64,000 nucleotides of DNA from Candidatus Sericytochromatia bacterium (GCA_018780035.1 JADMKE010000029.1:65388-129387), one strand, 5' to 3'. Positions 39,142-49,531 are shown, counted from the first letter of the stretch. The notes: generated by a model not told the origin, from the letters alone. Numbers and translations: made by a program.

Positions 39142-39780
39142 ATGGACCCTTCTGCACTTTCAGCTCAGGCCTTTGATGCCCTGGCAGACCGTTACCTCGC
39201 CAAATTCGGGGATCTGACCTGTTATGATCAGAGCTATTTGGTTTTTTGTAACGGGCTCAAGCCAGGCCAGGCAAAGGTTTTGGACTGTGCCTGTGGCCCT
39301 GGTCATGTTGCCAAATATTTGCTCAAACAGAGGCCGGATTTGGAATTGCTGGGCATCGACCTGGCCCCGCGTATGGTGGAATTGGCCCGCGCAGCAGTTC
39401 CCTCTGCACAGTTTATGGTTCACGATTGCCGCGATTTGTTCGCGCTTGAGCGCCATTTTGACGGGATGATCTGCGCTTTTGGCTTGCCCTATCTCTCTCC
39501 AGAGGAGGCCCTGGCTTTGATTGCGGCAGCTGAGCGGGTCTTGCTGCCGGGCGGGATGTTTTATCTCAGCACCCTGCTGGGCCCAAGCACTGATTCGGGT
39601 ATGCTGCACTGCAGTACGGGGAAAGTTGTTCATGTCTATTATCACAGTGAAGAAGTGCTGCTCCAGGCACTTGAGCTTCACGGTTTTTCAGTGTTGATGC
39701 AGCAGCAGATCAGCAGTCCGGCAACAGCCAGTCAAGTTACAATGGATTTGATTCTGATTGCAAAAAAAATGACAGACTAA
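39142..39780 (+). CDS. Class I SAM-dependent methyltransferase
   Basis: VLDCACGPG and GIDLAP motifs. Confidence 0.88.
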   Translation: MDPSALSAQAFDALADRYLAKFGDLTCYDQSYLVFCNGLKPGQAKVLDCACGPGHVAKYLLKQRPDLELLGIDLAPRMVELARAAVPSAQFMVHDCRDLFALERHFDGMICAFGLPYLSPEEALALIAAAERVLLPGGMFYLSTLLGPSTDSGMLHCSTGKVVHVYYHSEEVLLQALELHGFSVLMQQQISSPATASQVTMDLILIAKKMTD

Positions 39781-39784
39781 AACC

Positions 39785-40774
39785 TTAAGCAAATGTCGCT
39801 CTCTTTTGGGCAATTAGCTGCTTCAGCCAGCTCTGAATTGCTTCGCGGCTGTCGGCCAGATTTTTGTATTCCAACAAAGCGGGAGGCATGCTCTGAAGCG
39901 CACTTGCCAGCCCTTGTAAACCGGCTAAATCCAACGCTTGCACCGGGTAGAGATAGGTGCGAATGGCAAAGAGCACAGCTTGGCAAGCAGGCAGACCACA
40001 GAGCAGCTGCCGTTCGACGCGCACATACAGTTCGGGAGCTGCCAGTGAAAAGGGCGGCAATGGCCAGTTTTCAGGCAAGATGTCGACCGGGGCCAAGGGG
40101 TGGTGATTCAGGCGAGAGCTGGTGTTGAGATCCCAAATAAAGCGACAAAACGCAGGTTTTTGAATCAGGCCTTTGAGCATCGGCAGATAATTCCCGCGCT
40201 GGGCAGCCATGCCCGGCACATGTTGATGCACCTCGGCAAAGGTTTTGCCAATTTTTTCGGCTGGGGCCCAAAAATTGGGGGCACAGACATGCAATGCGAC
40301 CAGTGAGTCTCTGTCTCCCTGCAATTGCCAAATGGCCAGATCTTCTTGCAGTTGTGAGGCCAAGGCATCAAACAGATTCAGGTATAAGGGGTGTTCTTGC
40401 AATTCAAACTTAGCAGAGAGTTTGAGTTGATCTCCACTCAAACTGCAGTTCAAGCTCTGTTGCTCAAATTGAAACCACTGCGGGTAGGCCCTGCAGAGAT
40501 GGTCCACGATCGTCTGATTCACTAAACGTTGACAGGCCGTGTCCAAATCTTGTTCCAAATAATATTTGTTGATGTTTTCTTGGCGGCAGTGTGCTTTGTT
40601 TTGCAGATAAAGTGGGTAGCTTTGGTCAATTTGAAAGAGCCGTTTTTCAGGCGTTTCTGTTTCGACCTGAAGATGGAATAAACCAGGTGTGGAAACGTCG
40701 TATTTGCCAGATTCAAACGGGAAATAACGCAGCACAGGCAGCCGGCTTAAGTGATCTTGGATGGCGGGATTCAT
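39785..40774 (-). CDS. DUF3445 / heme-dependent oxidative N-demethylase alpha-like protein
   Basis: QEDLAI, CAPNFW..AEKIG, EVHQHVP, RVERQ and FAIRT motifs. Confidence 0.8.
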   Translation of the reverse strand: MNPAIQDHLSRLPVLRYFPFESGKYDVSTPGLFHLQVETETPEKRLFQIDQSYPLYLQNKAHCRQENINKYYLEQDLDTACQRLVNQTIVDHLCRAYPQWFQFEQQSLNCSLSGDQLKLSAKFELQEHPLYLNLFDALASQLQEDLAIWQLQGDRDSLVALHVCAPNFWAPAEKIGKTFAEVHQHVPGMAAQRGNYLPMLKGLIQKPAFCRFIWDLNTSSRLNHHPLAPVDILPENWPLPPFSLAAPELYVRVERQLLCGLPACQAVLFAIRTYLYPVQALDLAGLQGLASALQSMPPALLEYKNLADSREAIQSWLKQLIAQKRATFA

Positions 40775-40980
40775 GGGAGGTATTTTACCAATTGTGGGGA
40801 AAAACTTGCGGAGATCTGTTTCGCCGCGCACGGCAAAAAACAACAGTACACAGGCCATTTGTGGGTCATCTGGCGCCTTTCTAAGAGCGGGGAGATTCAC
40901 AAGCTTAACATCCAAACCAGATATAATGAAGGCGGAAAGATGCCCTAAAATCTGCGCCGAACCCCAGAGGAGAGACGGTT

Positions 40981-41559
40981 TTGACAAACGAAATTCACGT
41001 GACCGGCACAGCCGATGCGGGGGCCACCGCGGTCATCACCCACCGCGTCCGCGATGGTATGCACAGCCAATACGATGCCTGGTTGCATGAAATTGGGCCG
41101 ATTTGCCGCAGTTATCCAGGTATTTTGGACTGGCAGGTGATTCGCCCGATTCCCGATCTGACTCTGACCTATACGGTGATCATCCGCTTTGATACCCATG
41201 ACCACCTGCAAAACTGGTTGTTTTCAGAGGACCGCAAACGCCTGATCGCAGAGGTCTTGCCCTTGCTCTCGGGCGATGATGATTTCTTTGTGCGCAGCGG
41301 TTTGGATTTTTGGTTTGCCCCCGAGGGCGCCAAAGCCAAATTGCCCGTGCGCTGGAAACAATTTTTGATTACCTGGTCTGCGATTTACCCCTTGGTCTTG
41401 CTGATGCCTTTGATTGTTGTGCCGCTTTTGCAAGTGGCGGGTCTGCCCCAGAATCACTATCTTGCAACGCTCTGTGTGACCGGGCTGGTGGTGTTTAACA
41501 TGGTTTATGTGGTCATGCCGCGTTACACCAAGCTGGTTCACCGCTGGTTGTTCAGGTAA
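40981..41559 (+). CDS. ABM-domain protein with C-terminal TM helices
   Basis: IIRFDT..HLQNW..SEDR, GLDFWF and RWKQ...W.AIYPL motifs. Confidence 0.85.
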   Translation: MTNEIHVTGTADAGATAVITHRVRDGMHSQYDAWLHEIGPICRSYPGILDWQVIRPIPDLTLTYTVIIRFDTHDHLQNWLFSEDRKRLIAEVLPLLSGDDDFFVRSGLDFWFAPEGAKAKLPVRWKQFLITWSAIYPLVLLMPLIVVPLLQVAGLPQNHYLATLCVTGLVVFNMVYVVMPRYTKLVHRWLFR

Positions 41560-41598
41560 AATGGATCCATTCCGCACAGCTTAAGGAGTTTTTCTCAG

Positions 41599-42762
41599 AT
41601 GCGCCAGCTCTCCCCTCTCTTGATCGTTCTTTGCCTGACTGCTTGCAACACACCCACGCCTGCCAGCAATACCAATCCCAGTGGCAGTCCCAAGCCTGTG
41701 GCCAGTCTCTTGCCCGATCCTGGTGCTGCTGCCAAGCCTGTCGCAGCTCCCTCGTCGACACCTGCGCCAGGGGCCAATTTGCCCGTGTTTAGTAAAATCT
41801 CCACTGTGGTGGGCACCCGCGAGCAAGTAACCAAAGATGGCAGCCTGGAAGAAGCGCGCTTTTATGCGCCGACAGGGGTGGTCAGCGACGGCAAAGGCAC
41901 GTTGTATATTGCCGATGAAGGCGCTCATACGATTCGCAAAATTACAGCCAGTGGTGTGACCACCTTCGCCGGGACAGGTGTGGCGGGTTATAAAGATGGC
42001 CCTGCGGAGCAGGCCCAGTTTCGCAATCCCTGGGATTTGGTTTTGGATGCCCAGGGCAATCTCTATGTGGCTGATTCTGGCAACCACCGCATACGCAAAA
42101 TTGCACCTGACGGCATTGTTTCGACCATCGCAGGCAATGGCAAAAATGCCTTTGCCAATGGGCCTGCGCTGGAGGCCAGTTTCTTTAGCCCCACAGGCCT
42201 GGATCGCGATGCCCAGGGCAATCTCTATGTGGCCGACCAGACCAATAACTTAATTCGCAAAATCTCTCCCAGTGGAGAGGTCTCCACCTTGGCGGGGGCC
42301 GCAGATAACAGCAATGGCCTCAAAGACGGCCAGGGCGGAGCGGCGCAGTTTCGCCGCCCGACCGATGTGCACATGACTGCCAAGGGGCTGTATGTGGCCG
42401 ATGATGGCAACCACGCCATTCGCCTGATTGCTGCCGATGGCACAGTCAGCACGGTGGTGGGCGCTGGGGCCCGCAGCCAGGGAGCCACAGACGGCCCACC
42501 TGCAGAGGCCCTTTTAAACAGCCCTGTTTCGCTCTGCAGTGACAAAGCGGGCAATCTCTACTTTGTCGAGTTTAATGGCAATGCCGTGCGCAAAATGGCA
42601 AGCGATGGCAGCATTACCAGTTTGATTCGCGGCATACCACCCGGTTTTGTCGATGGCCCACTGGCGGAGGGCAAGGTCAATGGTCCCACCGGGATCTTTT
42701 GCGGCGAAAATGTACTTTACGTGGCCGACCGCGACAATCACCGGGTTCGCAAAATAGACTAA
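41599..42762 (+). CDS. NHL-repeat beta-propeller lipoprotein
   Basis: LTAC lipobox and about six LYVAD..NH.IRKI repeats. Confidence 0.92.
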   Translation: MRQLSPLLIVLCLTACNTPTPASNTNPSGSPKPVASLLPDPGAAAKPVAAPSSTPAPGANLPVFSKISTVVGTREQVTKDGSLEEARFYAPTGVVSDGKGTLYIADEGAHTIRKITASGVTTFAGTGVAGYKDGPAEQAQFRNPWDLVLDAQGNLYVADSGNHRIRKIAPDGIVSTIAGNGKNAFANGPALEASFFSPTGLDRDAQGNLYVADQTNNLIRKISPSGEVSTLAGAADNSNGLKDGQGGAAQFRRPTDVHMTAKGLYVADDGNHAIRLIAADGTVSTVVGAGARSQGATDGPPAEALLNSPVSLCSDKAGNLYFVEFNGNAVRKMASDGSITSLIRGIPPGFVDGPLAEGKVNGPTGIFCGENVLYVADRDNHRVRKID

Positions 42763-42785
42763 AGCGCCGCTGGGGTTGGGTTGTT

Positions 42786-43259
42786 TTAAACCGAATAGAC
42801 GGGCATCAGGGCATCGAGCCTTTCGTAGCTCATTTCTATGCCTTCCGTCATGCCTGTTTGCAGTACCATATTGCGGGTGGCTTCCGTACCATAGGCAATT
42901 AACATGGTCACCAAGGTTTGGTCTTTCTGCTGTTCAAACAGGGTGGTCACGACAGACGAATCGTCGGGCCATTGGGCAAAGGTCTCGGTGTTGACAATCC
43001 GTTGGTGTTTGACGACCTCTTGATAGCTGCCATAGGCAATCATCTCATCTACAGGGATATTCCAAACATAGCGCCATTGGCCCCCTTCGCGCAGGTCGAT
43101 TTCACAGATCGGCATGGTATGGCCGGGCGGGCCTGTCAGCCAGCGTTTGACAAATTCGGGCTCGGTAAAGGCCCGCCAAACAAGTTCAAGTGGGGCGTCA
43201 AAACCGCGTTTGACGCAGATTTCGTTGGGGTTGGCTTGGATCATTTCTAAGGGTTTCAT
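42786..43259 (-). CDS. SRPBCC/AHSA1 domain protein
   Basis: FDAPLELVWRAFTEPE and CEIDLREGG motifs. ATGA overlap with the ArsR gene. Confidence 0.9.
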   Translation of the reverse strand: MKPLEMIQANPNEICVKRGFDAPLELVWRAFTEPEFVKRWLTGPPGHTMPICEIDLREGGQWRYVWNIPVDEMIAYGSYQEVVKHQRIVNTETFAQWPDDSSVVTTLFEQQKDQTLVTMLIAYGTEATRNMVLQTGMTEGIEMSYERLDALMPVYSV

Positions 43260-43606
43260 GGGGTCTCTCCTGGGTGTTGATGGTGGGTCAGTTTTAATTC
43301 TTCCAAGACCGCATCGAGACGGGCATAATTGCCCTCCCAAATGCTGCGGTAGTCTTCCAGCCATGCGTCCACGGCTTGGAGCGCAGTCGGTTCTAATTTG
43401 CAGGGCCGTGTTTGGGCCACACGGGAACGCGAAATCAGACCGGCGGATTCGAGCACTTTTAAATGGGCCGAGATCGTGGGCTGGGTCAATTCAAAGCATT
43501 TCACCAATTCTGAGACCGTGGCCATGCCTCGGCTCAAATGGGCAATAATGCTGCGGCGGGTGGGGTCCGCCAGGGCTGCAAAGGTTTGGTTTAAAACGAT
43601 ATCCAT
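43256..43606 (-). CDS. ArsR/SmtB-family regulator
   Basis: [10 protein letters not shown] and HLKVLESAGLI motifs. Confidence 0.93.
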   Translation of the reverse strand: MDIVLNQTFAALADPTRRSIIAHLSRGMATVSELVKCFELTQPTISAHLKVLESAGLISRSRVAQTRPCKLEPTALQAVDAWLEDYRSIWEGNYARLDAVLEELKLTHHQHPGETP

Positions 43607-43641
43607 GTATATAGTTAATCATCTATATAGTTAATTGTCAA
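43607..43641 (-). promoter_or_regulatory. Sigma70-type promoter and operator, leaderless
   Basis: TTGACA-N17-TTAACT-N6-ATG, overlapped by TATATAG-N8-CTATATA and a 12-bp direct repeat. Confidence 0.7.
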
Positions 43642-43703
43642 TATAAGTTTTGAATTTTGAGAATGGTATAATTCAGCTCTAAATCTGTATAGACAATAAA
43701 GCC

Positions 43704-44729
43704 ATGCCAAAACTGAAACTATTTCTGGGTGGATTGTTTGTGCTGCTGGTGGTCTATCTTTGGAATGCCGCTTGGCGGGTCGGCCCTGTGCCGGGTGGAT
43801 TAAAGTTGCTTTCCCACCGGGGGGTGCATCAGACCTTTCATCGCCAGGGGCTTAAATCCGGCACCTGCACTGCCCAGCGCATAGATCCTCCCACTCACGC
43901 CTATCTTGAAAACAGCTTGCCCTCAATGGCTGCAGCTTTTGCTGCAGGGGCCACGGTGGTCGAACTCGATGTACACCCCACCCGCGATGGCGTTTTTGCG
44001 GTTTTACACGACTGGACCCTCGACTGCCGCACCGATGGCAAAGGGGTGACCCGTGAACAGAGCCTGGCCTACCTTAAAAACCTGGATATTGGTCATGGAT
44101 ATACAGCTGATGGGGGCCGCAGCTTTCCTCTGCGTGGGCGTGGCAAAGGGCTGATGCCCACTTTAAACGAGGTCTTTGCGGCTTTTCCCCAGGGTCGGTT
44201 TTTGATCAATTTTAAAAGCAATGAAGCCCGCGAGGCCGAGCTCCTGGCCCAGCTCCTGCGCCAGCACCCTGAATGGCGGCACTTGGTTTGGGGGGCCTAT
44301 GGCGGAGATGCCCCAACCTTTCGCGCGGCCCAATTGCTCAGATCGCCCCAGCATATGGCCCCTGCGGGGACCGATCTCCGGGTCTGGTCGCGCAAAGGCC
44401 TGATGCAATGCCTTGGCCAATACCTGGCCCTGGGCTGGAGTGGATGGGTGCCCCCAGCCTGTCGCCAGAGCACGATCATGGTGCCCCTCAACGTCGGGCC
44501 TTGGCTCTGGGGATGGCCAAATCTGTTTCTGCACCGCCTGAAGGCCGTGGGCACAGAGGTGATTCTCTTGGGGCCTTATGCCCAGGGCGATCCCGGCACT
44601 TCTGGCATCGACAGCTTGGCGCAACTCAAACAGGTCCCTGCTGACTTTTCGGGCTATCTCTGGACCAACAAAATAGAATTGATTGGCCCCGCTCTCAAGG
44701 CCAGCCACGCGCAGACAAAAAAGGACTGA
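43704..44729 (+). CDS. Glycerophosphodiester phosphodiesterase family protein
   Basis: SHRG, ENS, VELDVH and VLHD.TLDCRT motifs. Confidence 0.9.
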   Translation: MPKLKLFLGGLFVLLVVYLWNAAWRVGPVPGGLKLLSHRGVHQTFHRQGLKSGTCTAQRIDPPTHAYLENSLPSMAAAFAAGATVVELDVHPTRDGVFAVLHDWTLDCRTDGKGVTREQSLAYLKNLDIGHGYTADGGRSFPLRGRGKGLMPTLNEVFAAFPQGRFLINFKSNEAREAELLAQLLRQHPEWRHLVWGAYGGDAPTFRAAQLLRSPQHMAPAGTDLRVWSRKGLMQCLGQYLALGWSGWVPPACRQSTIMVPLNVGPWLWGWPNLFLHRLKAVGTEVILLGPYAQGDPGTSGIDSLAQLKQVPADFSGYLWTNKIELIGPALKASHAQTKKD

Positions 44730-44733
44730 AACC

Positions 44734-45678
44734 ATGAAAATTCATCAACTCAAAACCCTGCACACCCCCGATGCCGCTGAAATGCCAGTGATTCAAATTG
44801 AGTCGGAGCAGGATTATCACGACCTGCTGCAATCGATTCTGGCAACAGATTATTATGGCTCAGCCTATTTTCAACGCCATTCGGGCTACCGCCGGGGCAA
44901 GGTCAAAATCCGCAATCTGTTTATTTCCACCGTGGTGGATTTTTTGCAGCCGACGGCGATCTTGGAATTGGGCTGTGGGCGCGGGGATATCCTGGCACCC
45001 TTTTGCCAGAACCCCCAACTTCAGGTCAAAGGGATTGAATTTTCACAAGGGGCCTTGGCCTTTGCGCCCGATGCTGTCAAAGCAGTGATAGATCTTGGCC
45101 CGATCGAGACGGTCCTCGAAAATTACCAGGCCCAAGGCTTGCGCTTTGATACCCTGCTCGGCTTTGATATCTGGGAACACCTCTTGCCCCAAAGCCTGGC
45201 GTCAACCCGTGTTCAATTGCTCTCCTGTTGCGCTGCAAATGCCCTGTTTTATTTTGTCATACCGGCTTATGGACACGATCGCGTCTTTGGTGAGACCTTT
45301 CCACTGGAATTGGCCGAGAACAGACAAGCGTTGGCCGAGCATCAGCCCTTTGCCTATTTGCTGGCAGATCAGCTCGACCCCCCCATCCCAGCCATGGGCC
45401 ATTTAACTTGGAGCAGTTCACGCTGGTGGGAGGACTTCTTTGCCCAAGCGGGTCTTGTGCGCGAGGTGGAATTGGAAAAACAGCTACACGCCCATTTTGA
45501 CTTTATCTTTCAGGCCTCTTTGCGCAGTTTCTTTGTCTTTCGCATGCCCACCCCCGAGGCCCAACAACGGGTGGAGACGATTTTGGCCCGCCCTTTTGCG
45601 GGGCTGAGAAAATGGCAAAAGGTGTTTGAATTTTATGGGTGCATGCGCAAATTACAGGCCTCGTTAGGGCCCCACTAA
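44734..45678 (+). CDS. Class I SAM-dependent methyltransferase
   Basis: LELGCGRG and DIWEHL motifs. Confidence 0.82.
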   Translation: MKIHQLKTLHTPDAAEMPVIQIESEQDYHDLLQSILATDYYGSAYFQRHSGYRRGKVKIRNLFISTVVDFLQPTAILELGCGRGDILAPFCQNPQLQVKGIEFSQGALAFAPDAVKAVIDLGPIETVLENYQAQGLRFDTLLGFDIWEHLLPQSLASTRVQLLSCCAANALFYFVIPAYGHDRVFGETFPLELAENRQALAEHQPFAYLLADQLDPPIPAMGHLTWSSSRWWEDFFAQAGLVREVELEKQLHAHFDFIFQASLRSFFVFRMPTPEAQQRVETILARPFAGLRKWQKVFEFYGCMRKLQASLGPH

Positions 45679-45692
45679 TCCCGCACCTGCAT

Positions 45693-47033
45693 TCAGGGAG
45701 ACTTGGCACCTTGGACAGGATAAAAGAGGGGGTGCCGCTTTAAGACCCAGGCCTGTTGGGTCGTCATGGCTTTGCCATTGCCTTCCCAAAACATATAATT
45801 GGCGGCATCGCGCCCGGCACATTCTTCGCTATCGACCAAGCCGTCTTTGTCCTTGTCGAATTTGGCTGCGGGGCATTCAGGCGTGTCTGCAAGCGGGTCA
45901 AAGCCTTCGCCATTTTCTTCGGTGGTATGTACCACGCCCATTAAGTGAGAGCTTTCGTGCCAGAGAGTGCCTCCCTGGTGTTCATCTTCGGGATCATAGG
46001 CCAAGACCACACAAGACCAGCGCGAATGGGGCAAAGGTAAGAGTCCGGGCATGCCCAAGGCAAAGCCGACATTTTCGCCCGCATCTGCTTTGATTTCACT
46101 GGGACTGCGCATGATCTCATCCAGCAGCGCAACATTGAGCTGGCGATAGCCATCGGTGCGTTTGGCCAGATCTTGGCAGATATCTGATTCGATTTTATCG
46201 TCATCGTTGGGTTGCAGTTTTGAATAGGTCTGAATCATGGCTGGGGTGCCCACCTTGATCTGGATTTTGCCCATTTGCAGGCCGTGGGGCTGAATGATTT
46301 GATTGATCTGTTTGCGCACATCGCTGACGTATTTTTGGTAATTGGCAGGGGCTTGGATCGCTTTGTTTTTGCTCAGAATCCAAAAGGTCATGTCCAGGGC
46401 CTGGCGGCCCTGCAAGGAACCTGTGCGCAGAATGGCTCCTGCGTCTTTGAGCGTTTTGCCTGAGTCGGTTTTGACTTTGACACTGTATTTGCCTGGTTCC
46501 AGGGCATGTTCGGGGGTCAAGGGCAAATAAAAGCTCAACTCGCCTGTATTGGCAATGGCCTCTTGCAAATAATCCCCTTCGAGGGTGTCTGCTTGGGGGT
46601 CGTAGCTGTGTAGCACCTCGCCGTCGGGGCCAACAATTTCCAGCAAGGTCATATTTTCGTTTTTGTTTTGGGCATGGGCATAAAAGAGCAGTGAGTGCTC
46701 GTTGGGCTTGAGTTCGATACTCAGGGTCTGATTGGGTTTGACCTGGTTAAAGGTCACTTGCCGTAAATCTGGATAGTCTCGGGGGGCTGAGGTGGCCGAG
46801 GTGCCAGACAGGCTGACGAGGGCCAAGCAGAGGGCGCCCAATAAAATCTGTTTGACCCGCCCGACTTGGCCGTCGCTGAGCCGAACTTTGATCCCATGGG
46901 GGTGATTGGCTGATGGGGTGAGAATCTCTTGAATCACCCCCGAGGTCAGCTTGCCGCTGCGTTGATCCTGTTTGAGGACAATTTGCACCTTGAGGCCGGG
47001 ACGTAAGTCACTGCGTTTTCTGCCGTCAGCCAT
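45693..47033 (-). CDS. Fusion of a YwbE (DUF2196)-like domain, hydrophobic segment and zincin metallopeptidase
   Basis: KQDQRSGKLT.G...HPHGIKVRL.DGQVGRV, then LLGALCLALVSL, then HESSHLMGVVH and NYM Met-turn. AGGAG RBS. Confidence 0.75.
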   Translation of the reverse strand: MADGRKRSDLRPGLKVQIVLKQDQRSGKLTSGVIQEILTPSANHPHGIKVRLSDGQVGRVKQILLGALCLALVSLSGTSATSAPRDYPDLRQVTFNQVKPNQTLSIELKPNEHSLLFYAHAQNKNENMTLLEIVGPDGEVLHSYDPQADTLEGDYLQEAIANTGELSFYLPLTPEHALEPGKYSVKVKTDSGKTLKDAGAILRTGSLQGRQALDMTFWILSKNKAIQAPANYQKYVSDVRKQINQIIQPHGLQMGKIQIKVGTPAMIQTYSKLQPNDDDKIESDICQDLAKRTDGYRQLNVALLDEIMRSPSEIKADAGENVGFALGMPGLLPLPHSRWSCVVLAYDPEDEHQGGTLWHESSHLMGVVHTTEENGEGFDPLADTPECPAAKFDKDKDGLVDSEECAGRDAANYMFWEGNGKAMTTQQAWVLKRHPLFYPVQGAKSP

Positions 47034-47139
47034 ATATTCTCCTAAAAATCGCTTGTGGGATCTGAATGCCGTTAAGCATAACATTCTGGTGGCTCTGCTG
47101 AAATAGCATTACACTTGTAAAGCAGAACTGAGATCAAAC

Positions 47140-48363
47140 TTGGAGGACCTTTTTATGGGGCGATGGAGCCGCGTGGGGATCTGCATGGGCTTGGGCCTTG
47201 GGATTGTACTCGCTTCAGGGGCACTGAGAGGGTCTGTCTTGCAGGCCTGTGCGACATCGATTGGGCAAATCCCTTCTCTTCGTATCCGCACAGGTGCCGA
47301 TCAACCTTCGCGCTACTTGCCACTGCTCAAAGGCCGCAAAGTGGGATTGGTGGCCAATCCCAGCAGTCGCGTGGGCAAACAACATCTGCTGGATTATCTA
47401 TTGCAAAACAAAGTGCTTGTCAAAAAGGTCTTTGCCCCCGAACACGGCTTTCGCGGCGAGGCCGAAGCCGGGGCCCAGATTGTCGATGGCAAAGACCCGA
47501 TTACCCAATTGCCGGTGCTCTCACTCTATGGCGATCAGAAACAGCCCTCCCCAGAGGCCCTGAAAGAGATGGACCTGCTCGTCTTTGATATCCAAGATGT
47601 GGGGGTGCGCTATTACACCTATATCTCCACCTTGCACTATGTCATGGAGGCCTGCGCTCAGAGTGGCAAACCCCTGATCGTCTTAGATCGCCCCAATCCC
47701 AATGGGGCCTTTGTTGATGGGCCCCTTTTAGAGCCTGCGCTCAGATCTTTTGTGGGCCTGCACCCCATTCCGCTCTTACATGGCCTGACTGTGGGCGAAT
47801 TGGCCCAGATGATCAATGGCGAAAAATGGCTCAAAAACGGCGTTTGTGCGCTGACGGTGGTGCCTGTGGCCTCATATTCCCACAGCAGTCCCTATTCTTT
47901 GCCGGTGCCCCCTTCTCCCAATTTGCCCAATGCCCAGGCCGTCAGGCTCTATCCCTCGTTGGGGCTCTTTGAAGGCACAGGTATCAGCGTGGGGCGGGGC
48001 ACAGATTTTCCCTTTCAGGTGATTGGCCAACCCGATCCCGCGACGGGCCCCTTTCAATTCACGCCTGTGAGTTTGCCCGGCAAAGCCCAACACCCGATGT
48101 TTGAAAACCAGCTCTGTTATGGCTGGGATTTGCGTTCGGTGCCTGCAGGGGGCTTAAATTTGGACTTTTTGATCGGGTTATACCATCAGAGTTCGCAGCC
48201 CGCCACATTTTTTAATCCCTTCTTTGACAAACTTGCAGGTACAGCCCAATTGCGCACGGCCATACAGGCCGGTCAGTCTGAAGCGCAGATTCGCGAAAGC
48301 TGGCAGGCCGGTCTGCAGGCCTACAAAACCCTGCGCCAAAAATACCTGCTTTACCCAGATTAA
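47140..48363 (+). CDS. namZ: DUF1343 exo-beta-N-acetylmuramidase (NamZ-like)
   Basis: FAPEHGFRG, FDIQDVG.RYYTY, LDRPNP and PSPNLP motifs. Confidence 0.9.
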   Translation: MEDLFMGRWSRVGICMGLGLGIVLASGALRGSVLQACATSIGQIPSLRIRTGADQPSRYLPLLKGRKVGLVANPSSRVGKQHLLDYLLQNKVLVKKVFAPEHGFRGEAEAGAQIVDGKDPITQLPVLSLYGDQKQPSPEALKEMDLLVFDIQDVGVRYYTYISTLHYVMEACAQSGKPLIVLDRPNPNGAFVDGPLLEPALRSFVGLHPIPLLHGLTVGELAQMINGEKWLKNGVCALTVVPVASYSHSSPYSLPVPPSPNLPNAQAVRLYPSLGLFEGTGISVGRGTDFPFQVIGQPDPATGPFQFTPVSLPGKAQHPMFENQLCYGWDLRSVPAGGLNLDFLIGLYHQSSQPATFFNPFFDKLAGTAQLRTAIQAGQSEAQIRESWQAGLQAYKTLRQKYLLYPD

Positions 48364-48393
48364 GGGCCCAAGTGGCCCGTTTAAGGAGACTTT

Positions 48394-48822
48394 ATGACCC
48401 ATGTTTTAGCTGTGGGAGATCAATTCAGCACAGAAGTGTGTTTTACCCAGGAAGACGTGATTGCCTTTGCACGTATCAGCGGAGATGCCAATCCCCTGCA
48501 TTTGGACTCTGATTTTGCCGCTACAACGCTGTTTAAACGTCCGATTATGCACGGAATGCTCTCAGCCTCGGTTTTTTCGCGGGTGTTGGGCATGGATTTT
48601 CCGGGGCCGGGAACAGTTTATCTCTCGCAAAACCTGGCGTTCAAAGCGCCGATGTTCGTCGATACGGTGTATCGGGCCCATTTTGTGATTCGGTCTATCC
48701 AGAAATTCCGTGCCACAATCGAAACCTGGGTTGAAGATGAAAGGGGTCAGGTGACCTTGTCTGGCGAAGCGGTGGTCCTGAACCGTGCGCGGCTGAAAGG
48801 AACTGAAAGTGTTGCTGTTTAA
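48394..48822 (+). CDS. MaoC/PhaJ-type dehydratase
   Basis: FARISGDANPLH, HGML and PGPG motifs. Confidence 0.92.
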   Translation: MTHVLAVGDQFSTEVCFTQEDVIAFARISGDANPLHLDSDFAATTLFKRPIMHGMLSASVFSRVLGMDFPGPGTVYLSQNLAFKAPMFVDTVYRAHFVIRSIQKFRATIETWVEDERGQVTLSGEAVVLNRARLKGTESVAV

Positions 48823-49531
48823 CAGCCCCCTCAGCCAGGCCAAAGCCCAGACCTTGATCGGCCTTTTGGATTTGCCTGACCAGGCCCAGGTGCTGGATAT
48901 TGGCTGTGGCAATGGCGAATTTTTATTGCAAGTGCTCGAACACTATCCCAAGGCGCTGGGCAGAGGGGTGGAGCTGAACCCTGCCCTTGTGGCCGAGGCC
49001 AAGCTGCGCATGCAGGGACGTGTCGATCCTGAGCGTCTGCGCTTTCACCAAGGTGATGCCCGTGTGGGGTTGCCTGCCATGCCATCCCTGGATTTGCTGA
49101 TCTGCCTGGGAGCCAGTCAGGCCTTTGCTGCTGCTGAATCCGCTTATCCGGCACTTTTAGCCGCTTGCTTAGAACGCTTGCGCCCTGCTGGATTGGCCCT
49201 GATTGGAGAGGCTTTTTGGCAGCAATCCCCGACCCCAGAATACCTGGCATTATTGGGTGAGCCTGCGGGCATTTACCGCAGCCAGCTAGAAAATGTCACA
49301 CTGGCCCAAGCGCGGGGCTTCAATCCGCTGTATATCACCGACAGCAATCCCGATGAGTGGGACGATTTTGAATGGCGTCACCAGATGCGGTTGGAAAGGG
49401 CGCTTGGACAAGCCCCTGAAAATGCTGAAATACTTGAAAAAGTCCAGCATGGCCGCCGATGGCGTGATGGCTATTTGCGTTGGGGACGCAGCACCCTGGG
49501 CTTCGGTTTCTATCTTTTGCAAAAGTCTTAA
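48809..49531 (+). CDS. Class I SAM-dependent methyltransferase
   Basis: VLDIGCGNGE, CLGAS and GEAFW motifs. Confidence 0.88.
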   Translation: MLLFNSPLSQAKAQTLIGLLDLPDQAQVLDIGCGNGEFLLQVLEHYPKALGRGVELNPALVAEAKLRMQGRVDPERLRFHQGDARVGLPAMPSLDLLICLGASQAFAAAESAYPALLAACLERLRPAGLALIGEAFWQQSPTPEYLALLGEPAGIYRSQLENVTLAQARGFNPLYITDSNPDEWDDFEWRHQMRLERALGQAPENAEILEKVQHGRRWRDGYLRWGRSTLGFGFYLLQKS

